This document shows, piece after piece, positions 9,848 through 20,452 of a DNA stretch of 64,000 nt (positions are counted from its first letter, which is position 1; each line of letters begins with the position of its first letter). A program made the translations under genes and the position numbers. The DNA comes from Bacillota bacterium (GTDB lineage Bacteria > Bacillota > Ch66 > Ch109), in assembly GCA_050952625.1 (NCBI GenBank), contig JBMNLH010000001.1, positions 576,001-640,000 of the forward strand. Direction: 5' to 3'. The notes below the pieces were generated by a model. The model did not search any database. It worked only from the letters and a program-made list of their open reading frames with translations, and was not told the origin of the DNA.

Positions 9848-10148
9848 GCCGCTTAAGGTGACTGAGGAGGTCAACCCGATTGAGGGAGTTCTCAACATTG
9901 GGGATGTCATGCTGGTTTTTGCTTGTGGGCTGATGCTGGCTCTGTCCGTTTACTGGAACATCGATCTGGGCCCCATGGGCAAGCGCGTTGACCTGAATCG
10001 GGGACGGGAGGTGACAGAAGTACCGGGGATACGCAATGATTTGATTGAAACCCAGGGCCAGGGAAAGCTCTATGAGAAAATGGGCACGGTCTATAAAGAC
10101 CCGGCAACGGGGCAACTCTTTATGCTGACTGAAAGTAGCGGTGGATAG
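9810..10148 (+). CDS. DUF2149 family protein (ExbD/HmuV-like partner)
   Basis: NPIEGVLNIGDVMLVFACGLMLAL TM segment with Asp, and a G.G..MGTVYKDP.TG C-terminus. It overlaps the ExbB-like gene. Confidence 0.82.
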   Translation: MNVDGGLRSRRHRPLKVTEEVNPIEGVLNIGDVMLVFACGLMLALSVYWNIDLGPMGKRVDLNRGREVTEVPGIRNDLIETQGQGKLYEKMGTVYKDPATGQLFMLTESSGG

Positions 10149-10243
10149 TTGTCTGCGGGTGCGCAACCTCAAGTGCGGGTTGAGCACTGCTCCCTTGTAA
10201 GCAACCAGTAACTGTCTAATTAACAAGGAGGGAAATAAGTTTA

Positions 10244-11689
10244 ATGCAATCCTATATCAGGGAAAGGGCAACCCCAGCGGTGCTTGTTTTAGACGCTTAC
10301 CCCAAAAAGTCGTGGTTTGGCCAGTTCATGCTGGCCGTCCTGGGTATATTGCTGCTTGCTGCTGCGATTAGCCTGATAGTTCCGACCGCTGCCCTGGCCG
10401 CGTCAGATTCGCTCGAAATCACCGGCGATGGGGTTACGACTCCGATGACGTTAACCCTGGAAGATCTGGAAAAATGGAGCAGCACCAGGAGGTATATAGC
10501 TGTATTAACACCTGGCCTACCAAGAAATGGTATGTAGGCAAAGGGGTTAAGTTATATGACTTGCTCGCCAAGGCCGGGATGACCGATGAAGCCACGTTAA
10601 TCAGATTTAATTCTCTCGACGGTTACACCGTAACCCTTACGGTTAAGGAACTGTTCGAGGATAAACGTTATCGTTTCCCAAATTTCAAGGCCGGTGGTGC
10701 TGACGGTGACGGACATATGCCTGGCGATCCGTCGGGTAAGGTAGAGGTAGAACCAATTGTTGGCCTTATTAGTGTTGAGGGCAGTGATAACCCTAAGTAC
10801 ATGAACGATCTAAATTCCTTGCTGCTGATGCTGGGACAGCGTGCGGTTACCGAGCAAACAGGAAATTTATTCGTTAAATATCTTAATAAAATCGAGGTTC
10901 TAACCACCGAGCCGGAGAAATGGGATGCTCCGCAGGCTAATCCGGCTAGCGGGATAGTCCCCGCGGGGACCATGGTGACCCTGAGAAATACCCACAATGA
11001 TGATGACAAGGTCTATTACACCACGGACGGGAGTACCCCGACCCTGAACAGCCCGATGTATAACTGGATTGCCAGCCGGTGGTGGGCAGCCAGGGCCGAT
11101 GTTTTAGGAAACATAAATCACCCCATTGGCCCTATTAATGAGAACACCACGATTAAGGCGGTTACCATTGGCCCCGGCAAGTTGGACAGTGAGGTCGTTA
11201 CCTTTAGCTACCAGGTGGCTGAGGCCGGGTCTGACGATGGTGACCGTACTCTTGATGGCGACCCGAAGTCCAACGGATAAGGATGATACAGTGCCGGACC
11301 AAACATCTCTAAAATTAATCCAACTCACCATTGGACAGCTGGAGGCCCGTGTTGACGGCACACCCTATAGCCTGAACGCAGCACCGTACATCAACGCCGA
11401 AGTCGGACGCACCCTGGTACCGTTGCGGTTTGTCAGCGAGGCCTTGGAAGCCGGGGTTGCTTGGAACCCGGAAACTAGACAAGTAACCATTACTGATGAG
11501 GAGAAGGAGATTATTCTGACCGTGGGCACTTGCGAGGTTCAGGTCAATGGCGTGCCACAGACCATCGACTGTGCCCCAGTGATCCAGCCGCCTGGTCACA
11601 CCTTTGTCCCCCTCCGCTTTGTGAGCGCGGCCCTGGGGGCCGGGGTGGATTATGATTCCGGCCGCGGTCAGGTGATAATCACCCGATAA
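10244..11689 (+). CDS. secreted Oxidored_molyb-like + FN3-associated + copper-amine-oxidase N-terminal (stalk) domain protein; two frameshifts
   Basis: Three ORF pieces (10244, 10474, 11126) join into signal peptide + YSCINTWP domain + RTLVPLRFVSEAL stalk domain. The first break is at an A5 run (10470-10474) that needs A6. Confidence 0.7.
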
Positions 11690-11708
11690 ATACCCGATAA
11701 AATCATAT

Positions 11709-11805
11709 TGCTCCGAGCCCCGTGACCTAAAGGAAACTCCCCAAGGTCACTGCGCCGATAGGGTTCGCCTGGAAACGGGCGAGCCTCCCGTTGTGGAAAG
11801 GAGGC
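11709..11805 (+). ncRNA. second Moco-class riboswitch, P3-less variant
   Basis: CTCCGAG..GTGACCTAA..GGTCAC..GCCGATAGGG TTCGCC TGGAAAC GGGCGA GCCTCCCGT TGT GGAAAGGAG. Confidence 0.85.
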
Positions 11806-11823
11806 TTTTTATCCGGATAACTG

Positions 11824-11862
11824 AGATCCGGCTGGCTTCCTTTTGACCAGCCGGATCTTTTT
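11824..11862 (+). terminator. intrinsic terminator after riboswitch 2
   Basis: AGATCCGGCTGG-loop-CCAGCCGGATCT-TTTT. Confidence 0.75.
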
Positions 11863-11944
11863 GTTGAGCTGATAGGAGGTGGGAACGATTATTTTTTTGC
11901 AGGGTTGACTAATTAAGGAGAAATAAGGGGAGGGAGAAAACAGA

Positions 11945-14900
11945 GTGAAAGGGAAAAAAACGGTCCGAAGTTGGTATCACCTTTTGCCATTTGTCCTGAG
12001 TGTGTTTCTATTGGCCGGTATGTTCGGTCTGTTGGCACCCGCAGATGCTTATGCTGCAGGACAAGGTATTACCATATCGGGACCCGGATTAAATGAACCC
12101 GAGGGGGTAGCATTTACCCAGGACCAACTTGAGAACGATTTACCACAAACTATCGAATACTACAGCACCATCAATACCTGGCCCACCAAGAGCTGGTATG
12201 GAGGGGTGGGCGTTAAGCTAACTGACCTGCTTGAAGCAGCTGGAGGGCTTAATGAGCAAGCGACGCAGATTAGAATTATCTCCGCAGACGGTTTTAAAGC
12301 GACATTTACCTTGCAGGAACTTCTCGGCGAAACCAGGTATCGTTTTCCTAATTTTATGGATACCGGTCTCCCTGGCCATCTTATTGGGGATGCATCTGGT
12401 GCGGAGCCGGTAGAACCCATAATTGCTTACAAAAGTGGTTCTGGTCATACAATAGCTGATGTCATGAACGAAAGTAACTTGAAAGATGGCGATGCTAATC
12501 ATCTACTGTACGGGCAGCGGGCGGTAACCCAGCAGACCAACGCCAGGTTCTCCAAGTATGTAACAGCAATTGAAGTACTTACTGAACCCGCCCCTCAATG
12601 GGACGTACCTACAGCATCAGTAGTGCCTGGAGAGGTGCCGGTAGGTACCCTGGTGGAACTGAAGAGTAAATTTAATGATGAGGACAAGATTCATTATACC
12701 CTGGACGGCAGTGACCCGACCATAGAAAGTCCCATGTATAACTGGATTGCCAGCCGTTGGTGGTCTTCAAGACAGGATGATTTAGATGATATAAATCGCC
12801 CCATTGAAATTACAGAAGATACTACAATCAAGGCCATTGTAATCGGCCCTGGCCGGGCGGACAGCGAAATTGTTGAATTCACCTATACAGTAGATAAATC
12901 CGCAACTGTGGCGGTTTCAGGTGTAAGTATTAGCGAAAGTGACCAGGAATTAGAGAAAGGCCAGACAGTCAAACTCAATGCTTTAGTGACCCCCGCAGAT
13001 GCCACCAATAAGAATGTAGGCTGGTCCAGCAGTAACGATGCTGTGGCTACGGTGAGCGCAACTGGCCTGGTAACCGCAGTGGCAGAAGGCACCGCGACTA
13101 TTACGGTTACTACTGAAGATGGCGAATTTACTGATTCGATTACCGTCACTGTAACCGCTGTGCCGGCATCGGATTTTGTAGTAGAAAACGGCGTTTTGAA
13201 AGAATACAAGGGCGCCGGAGGTGATGTGGTCATCCCAGGTAATCTGGGCATAACCAGTATTGGGTATCCTGCGATTCAGTATGCGAACAGCAGCCTTACC
13301 TCCGTAGTCATTCCCGAGGGTGTAACTACTATTGACGGTCTTCGGCATTTGATAGGTTGTGGACTAGCTTAACATCCGTAGTCTTGCCCCAGAGCTGTAA
13401 CCGGAATTGGGGCAAGGGCCTTTTGCAGAATGCACTAGTCCTTCGTGAAATAAACATTCCTCAAGGTGTTACCAAAATCGGAGACGAGAGACGTTTTGGC
13501 GTTGCTATGCCCTTGAAAATATAATTCTTCCCAACAGTCTCACCAGCATTGGCGAAGCGAGCATTTCGGCAATGTACCGCTCTATCTGAGATAAACATAC
13601 CCGAAAGCGTTACCGATATTGGGCCAAAAGCATTTCAGAGTTGTAGCAAATTAACAGAGATAGTCATTCCCAATAGTGTTGCCAGCATTGGAGACAGAGC
13701 CTTTTATAGATGCAGCGCTCTTACATCTGCAACTATTCTAGGTACTGATACTGCCTTGGGAGCTGAGTTGTTTGACCAATATCCCGCAGGGACCCCCAGG
13801 GTGGTAACTATACATGGTTATCGCGGCTCTACTGCCGAAGCGTACGCAACTGAGAATAGTATTCCTTTTGAAGCCATAGACGCAACTGTAGCGGTTACTG
13901 GCGTAAGTATTACTGAAAGCGACCAGGAGTTGAAGGTCGACGAGACCGTTCAGCTTAATGCCGTCGTTGAGCCAGCGAATGCCACCAACAAGAACGTCAC
14001 CTGGTCCAGCAGTGATGAAAGTATTGCCACGGTAGACGAAAACGGTCTGGTAACCGCAGTGGCACAGGGCACTGTCACCATTACGGTGACCACCGAAGAT
14101 GGGAACTTTACCGACAGCATCACCGTCAATTCGGTCCCAGTTGGCCCACAGATACTGCTGCGCTGCAACTCCGGAATCCCGGAGGCGAACGTATTCATCA
14201 CCGGCAGCGGTTTTGATGTCGGCGCGGTGGGAACAATCTGGTTCGACACCAACAATAATGGAGTCCTGGACGATGGTGAGCCGTCAGTTGATGTGAAGAC
14301 TGATGCGGATGGGGCTATCCCCTTGCTCACGAGTCTAACTGTTCCTTCAGTAAGTACGGGCAACTACACTGTGCAGGCTGATGTCCCGAGCGGGGATGGC
14401 ATCGAAGCTGCCGCCGTCTTCACTGTAACCGACGTCGGCATAATCGTTGGCCCAATCAGTGGAAACAGTCAAGGACAGGGTGATGTCAGATATATCACAG
14501 TTACCGGCAGCGGTTTTGCCCCCAGCACCGGCTATAGACTTTTCTGTGACCGAAATGGGAATGGGATCTTCGATGATGGTGCTTACAAGTCTGGTACTAC
14601 AACAGCTGACGGTACAGTGTCAGTGAATAATATGTCTTGGCCGGCATCGCCGACAGGTATCTACAATATCCTCTTAGACATTAATAAAGATGACACCATA
14701 GAGGCTTCAGCCAGCATCGCGATTACTCCGGGTATTAAAATTAGCACTCCCAGAGGTGTCCCCGGAGCAAATATCGGTATGACTCTTGTAGGTTTTTCGG
14801 CGAATGAGACCGGGTATGTCTGGTTTGATACAAATGGTAACGAAGTCTGGGATGAGGGCGAGAACCAGTTACCTGTAACAACCAGTGGTGGCGGGTCAGT

Positions 14901-17900
14901 TAATACCTCCGGCTTGATCGTACCTTCCGTATCGCCAGGAAACTATCAGGTTTGTACCGCAATACCGGCCTGTGGTCTCAAAGCTTCAGCCACCTATACT
15001 GTCACTGGCTTGACACTGAATCCCAATTCAGGGACAGCCGGCACGAGCATAGACATTCTGGGTTATGGATATGTGGCTAACCAGACATCCGGCAAGTATA
15101 TTTGGTTTGACACTAACGGCAACGGCTCTTGGGATGCTGATGAAAGCAAGGTAGACGTAACCACCGATGCCAGCGGTACCCTGTCTCCTGTTTCTCTTAC
15201 TGTCCCGGCAGTGCCCGCTGGTACCTATAATGTATGTGCTTCCGTTTTTCCCAGTGGAACCTTCGCGGTTTTCACTGTTAAAGATCCGCCGGCAATTGAC
15301 ATTCTCTACGACGGGACAGTCACTTTAAATGCAGGTGAGACCTTTACGGTGACCGTCGATGCTAATGAATATATAATTAATGAGAACACACCACTGGGTG
15401 CGCTTCATAAAGCCTCAATTGCCAGTGGCTTCAGCTATGCTGTTACGGATAAGAAATACCAAAATTCAGGTATTCTTCTTTTAGATGATATAGGAAGTTA
15501 TCCTTATGTAAAGAGTGGCAGTGAATGGTACGCCTATGTGAATGATGTTTATAAAGATGGCTATGAAAATTCTAATAATGCCCTAAATCTTGTTGAACTT
15601 GTGGATGGGGATAAGGTTGAGTTCTACTACGCCGACATTGACTCGACCGACCTCAATGCGGTAAAGACAGCGGCTACTGCGGCAGTGTTAATCGTTGTTG
15701 ATTCCGATGCAACCACACCATCTGACTGGACGCTTCAACTCTCAGGTGCCAAAGAGGAAACTGTAACTAAAGCCTATTTTGAGCAAGGCCTGGCCTGCGC
15801 ATCATCTAGTCATCAGGTGTCCTGGACTGATGGAGACGGTAATACCTGGGGAGGTGTACCCTTATGGCTGCTGGTAGCCATGGTTGATGATGACCCGGAT
15901 GCTGGTGATAAGCACATCAATTTTAACGACGAGCTTGCTGTCCAGGACTATGAAATTAAAGTAATAGCCGGCGATGGCTGGTCGACTACCCTGAGTAGTG
16001 CAGCTATCGCCCGCAGTGATGCTTATATTGTCGCTAATACCCTGAACGGAGAACCGTTGCCGCTTAAGACCGAATCAGGCAAAGACTGCTGGCCGCTCTA
16101 TCTTAAAGGTTCAGCTATCTCTGGCGGACAGCAGGTAGGCAATATTGTTCGTATCGAACTGTCTGGTCTGCCTGAACCAACTGCTGGATGGACACTGGAG
16201 ATGATCGGAGAAGTAGGGGACACCATAACACAAGAGGAATTTGAAGACGGATTGGCCTGTACTGGCTCCGGCCATTACCAGGAATGGAAAGATAAAGACG
16301 GAAACCTTTGGTCCGGTGTGCCACTGTGGGTACTTCTAGGAGCAGTGGACGACATTGAGACCGGAGCCCACTGGACTTTCAATAATGAACTTGCCTCAAG
16401 TTATAGCGTTAAAGTAATTGCTGGTGACGGAAATTATTTCAAGACCTTTGCTGGTTCCGATGTGGCCGAAAGCAACGACTATATTGTAGCGAATAAATGC
16501 AATGGTGAAGCACTTACCGGTTCATCCGCACCACTGCGCCTAGTCGGGGATGGTGTTACCAAAGATGATGGCTCACTCGGAGGCCTAGCTGTTGGTAACA
16601 TCGCCCGGATAGAAATACCTGAACTGCAGACGCCGGCCGCTGAACCTGGCAGCTGGAATCTGGCCTTGAATGGTAAGATCAGTGATGTGATTTCCCAGAC
16701 TGAGTTTGAAGCTGGCCTGGTCTGTCCAAATTCGGGACACTTAAAGCAATGGAAGGATGCTGACGGTAATGTCTGGTCAGGGATACCCCTTTGGTTACTG
16801 GCTGGCTGGGTAGATGACCGAAAGCCCCACAGTTACGATTATAATCAGGCTGTGATTGGTTACAAAGTCCTGGTGAAAGCTGGAGACGGCTACAGCGTCG
16901 ATTTTGCGAGTGCAGAAATCAATAAGAGCAGCGACTATATTATTGCGAATAAATTCAACGGTGTGCCACTTACTGATTCGGGACCACTGCGTCTGGTTGG
17001 CACTGGTGTTGCCAAAGACGATGGCTCCCTGAGCGGAAAAAGCGTCGGGAATATCGTGGAGATCGAGCTGACCTCCTTCGCGACCGGCGGTGGTGGAATC
17101 ATCCCCGAACTCCGTATTGTCAAGTATGCTGAAGACGGCACTACCATCCTGGCCGAAGAGACCCTCAATTACATCGACATGAAGGATCGGTTCAAAGTGA
17201 TTGGGGACGGGACTACGGTATATAAATTCCAGGGAATTACCAATGACCCGGAAAATATATGGGACCCAGAGGAAACCAATCTCGGCGGTTTTAAGATAGC
17301 CAATGCTGTAATGGGCACCCGCCTCAAAGACCTTTGTGAACTGGTTGGTGGTATGGGAGCAGGAACCGAAATCGTCTTAGCTGCCAATGACGGTTATGAA
17401 ACCAAGCTTCCCTATTCCTCCATCTATACTGACCCATCAGTACAGGCCCGCCAGGGGGATGCCATTCTGGCCTGGTATGCTGACGGTAAGTATGTTCCTG
17501 AGTATCGCGATGGTATGCGCTTATTCTTTACGCCGGAGGATACGGTTTATAGTCAGTGGGATATGCACGAGACTCTGCCGGAACCATACTGGCATTACTA
17601 TGGTGCTGAGGGGGTTATGTATCCTTCTTGTGCTGGTTTGTCAGCCAAGTACATTACCGAAATCAAGGTATACTCCGTGCCCCAGGGTGATTGGACACTG
17701 GAACTCGATGGTCAGGATATTGGTGGTCTGAAGACTGATATAAGCAAGACCTATTTTGAATCAGCCCTTACCTGCCAGTTTGGTGCTAACCACAAGGCAA
17801 CCTACACCGATTCTAAAGAACGAACCTGGGAAGGTATGCCGCTGTGGTTCCTGGTTGGCTTCGTCGATGACGCTGACCAGCATTCCAATAACGCCTATAA

Positions 17901-18480
17901 TGATGCTCTGGCCGAGTCAGGGTATCAGGTGGTAATCACTGCAGAGGACGGCTATTCGGTAACAATTGATAGCACAGATCTTGGCCGGAACAATAACTAC
18001 ATTATCGCCAACTCGCTGAATGGAGCGACTATTCCTGAAACTGATGAAAACTGGCCGCTCCGTCTAGTTGGACCAGCTGTTACCGGAACTAACTCAATTT
18101 CGCAGATTGTAAGTATTAAGTTGGTGAGCTCAGAACAGGTTGATCCGGTTTACACAGTATCACCTGTGGCTGATGCCGCTTATACTGCGGGGACTAATCC
18201 GGACGGCATCAATACCATGACCGTTAATACGGGTGTATCCGGGTTCAAATACTTCACGGTTGATATCGAACCGGTGGCCTCCCACAGCGGTGATGAAACC
18301 GTGGTCTTCACTCATTTACGAAACGGTATTCAGCTGCAGATCAACTCTACTAGAGCCGACTTTGATGAGGTTGATATTGCTCAGGCTGGTTTTAATGTTC
18401 AATCCGGGGATGTTATCAAAGTTTACATCGTGGATGAGCTGACCAATGCCACTGACCACAACCCGGTGATTCTGCAGTAA
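11945..18480 (+). CDS. giant (~2170 aa) secreted protein, frameshifted in its LRR region: Oxidored_molyb-like + FN3-associated, Big_2, BspA-type LRRs, Big_2, Ig-like repeats with DxNxNG loops, DUF4430-like domain, 5 divergent Oxidored_molyb-like repeats, conserved C-terminal domain
   Basis: ORFs 11945-13372 and 13549-18480 are bridged by a continuous LRR pattern (LxxxxIPxxVTxIGxxAFxxC) that changes frame at 13340-13560. Repeats read W.GVPLW.L...VDD...A.DG...D..YI.AN..NG....PLRLVG. Confidence 0.72.
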
Positions 18481-18606
18481 TGATTCAAACCGTAAGTATT
18501 TGAAGGATTGAGAAGCGAAATGGGCAAAACCTGAAAAAGCCGTTGGCTCGAAGGGTTTTGCCCAACGCTCCCCATCGAAGATTTATAACTAAAGGAGCAG
18601 GGTGAT

Positions 18607-20175
18607 ATGATACCTGAATTGGAATACAAAAAAAGGAAGCATCCGGGGGCTAGCCGGATAAGCTGCCTGCTTATAGTCCTCTTCGCCCTTTTTTGCTCCT
18701 GCTGTTTCCCTGCGGCTGCTTGGGCTGAGGAAGTCACCCGACCCGGGCAGATTATTTTAACCTGGACCCAGGACCCGGCTACATCCCAGACGATTACCTG
18801 GTTAACACCGGATGCTGAGGCGAATAAGCTCCAGTACGCCGAGTCATCAGGCTTTGACGGTGATTTTTCCGACGCCGGACTAATTACCGCAACTAGTGAG
18901 CAATTTGCCGGCGGCGATAATTACCGGTATACAGTCACGATTACCGAATTGAATCCCGGTACGCAATATGTCTACCGGGTGGGCAGGGACGGAGCCTGGA
19001 GCGAGATATTGTCTTTCTCGACTTCCGCTGATCCAGATGACTTCACATTCTTATACCTGGGTGACGTTCAGGAAGGGTATGCTCAGTGGGGCAGTATGGT
19101 GGAGCAGATTTACGAAGAGAATCCAGAGATTAAGTTTGCCTTATTGGGGGGAGATTTAACCAATGGTGACAGCGAATCCGAATGGGAACAATTCCTTGGT
19201 ACTGCAACAGGTGTATTTTCCCGGATACCGATGATGCCGGCCAAGGGTAACCACGATGGAGATTTATTTTTGGAGTTCTTTTCCCTGCCAGATAATGGTC
19301 CTCCGGGGGCAAACGGTAATTTTTATTCCTTTGATTATGGTGATGCTCATTTTGTAGTATTAGATACCAGCAACATTATTACTGATAGTGTCAAACAATG
19401 GCTGCAAGAGGACCTGCAAAATACGGATAAGAAGTGGAAGTTTGCCGTCTTTCATCACCCTCCTTATCAAAATTTTGATGATAATAAAACTATCGATGAT
19501 GCTCTTCGTGAAAACTGGGTACCAACATTAGAGCAAAACCAGGTTGATATGGTCTTTGTTGGGCACCAACATGTCTATATGCGAACCCATCCTATCTTCC
19601 AGGAAGAAGTACAAAGCGATTCGTATGGAATTGTCTATGTGATGGGGAATTCCGGTTCTAAACATTATAGTCTCGGGGAAGGTTTTCCCTATATTGCCCG
19701 AGAGGAGTCGGGCAGCAACTATCAGGTGATTGAAATTCAAGGGAATTTTTTAACTCTGACGGCCAGGAAAGCGGATGGTGAACTGATTGAAACCTACACC
19801 ATCGGAAAAGGAGATACACCGGTTGAGGAGGAAGAGCCACGTTATACGGTCATTCCTGATGAAACCGACCCAACCTATACCCCGGGCAGCACTGAAGATG
19901 GCATTTGTACCTTGACTGTGAACCCTGGTATATCGGGATTTAATTATTTAAGGGTCGGTATTACTCCGCGCGTCTCTCATAGCGGCGAGGAAACCGTGGT
20001 CTTTATTCATTTAAGAGACAACGATCAACTAGGGCTTAACGCCACTAGAACTGATTTTGATCAGGTAGGTACTGCCCAGGCTGGTTTCAACGTAAAAGCC
20101 GGTGACGTGATCAAGGTTTACATCGTCGATGCGTTGACCAATGCCGAAGACCACAATCCAGTAATCCTGCAGTAA
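18607..20175 (+). CDS. secreted purple-acid-phosphatase-like metallophosphoesterase with a C-terminal domain shared with the upstream giant protein
   Basis: Signal peptide, FN3-like Y.YRVG, motifs GDVQ, GGDLT, GNHD, HHPPY and GHQHVY, and a C-terminus ending ..HNPVILQ. Confidence 0.85.
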   Translation: MIPELEYKKRKHPGASRISCLLIVLFALFCSCCFPAAAWAEEVTRPGQIILTWTQDPATSQTITWLTPDAEANKLQYAESSGFDGDFSDAGLITATSEQFAGGDNYRYTVTITELNPGTQYVYRVGRDGAWSEILSFSTSADPDDFTFLYLGDVQEGYAQWGSMVEQIYEENPEIKFALLGGDLTNGDSESEWEQFLGTATGVFSRIPMMPAKGNHDGDLFLEFFSLPDNGPPGANGNFYSFDYGDAHFVVLDTSNIITDSVKQWLQEDLQNTDKKWKFAVFHHPPYQNFDDNKTIDDALRENWVPTLEQNQVDMVFVGHQHVYMRTHPIFQEEVQSDSYGIVYVMGNSGSKHYSLGEGFPYIAREESGSNYQVIEIQGNFLTLTARKADGELIETYTIGKGDTPVEEEEPRYTVIPDETDPTYTPGSTEDGICTLTVNPGISGFNYLRVGITPRVSHSGEETVVFIHLRDNDQLGLNATRTDFDQVGTAQAGFNVKAGDVIKVYIVDALTNAEDHNPVILQ

Positions 20176-20452
20176 GGTCTCTAAGCGGAAGCTGCTACTT
20201 TTAGACCATCAAAGAGAGAACTATAAGCTTGCAGGTGGTGCTAAAGGCAGTATGGATCTTAAGCCGTAGGTGGAAGGAAAGCGGAGCAAGAAAGCGTTGT
20301 CCAATGGCGACCATACTTGCTCAATCCCGACCTATCACTAAAGTGAAAATTTTTGGGATCTTGACGTTTTTTGAGGATAAAGGGATTTCCACGGCTGACT
20401 TGATTGGCTTTGCTGCCAAGCAAGATCTTAGATAAAGGAGTGAGCGATCCAA

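Noticed and set aside
13330-13560. Diversity-generating retroelement target or programmed frameshift
   Set aside because: No reverse transcriptase or template repeat is in the window, and the changes are insertions rather than adenine substitutions.
20229-20435. 68-aa ORF between the phosphoesterase and the SLH scaffold
   Set aside because: TTG start, no recognisable motif; probably spurious.
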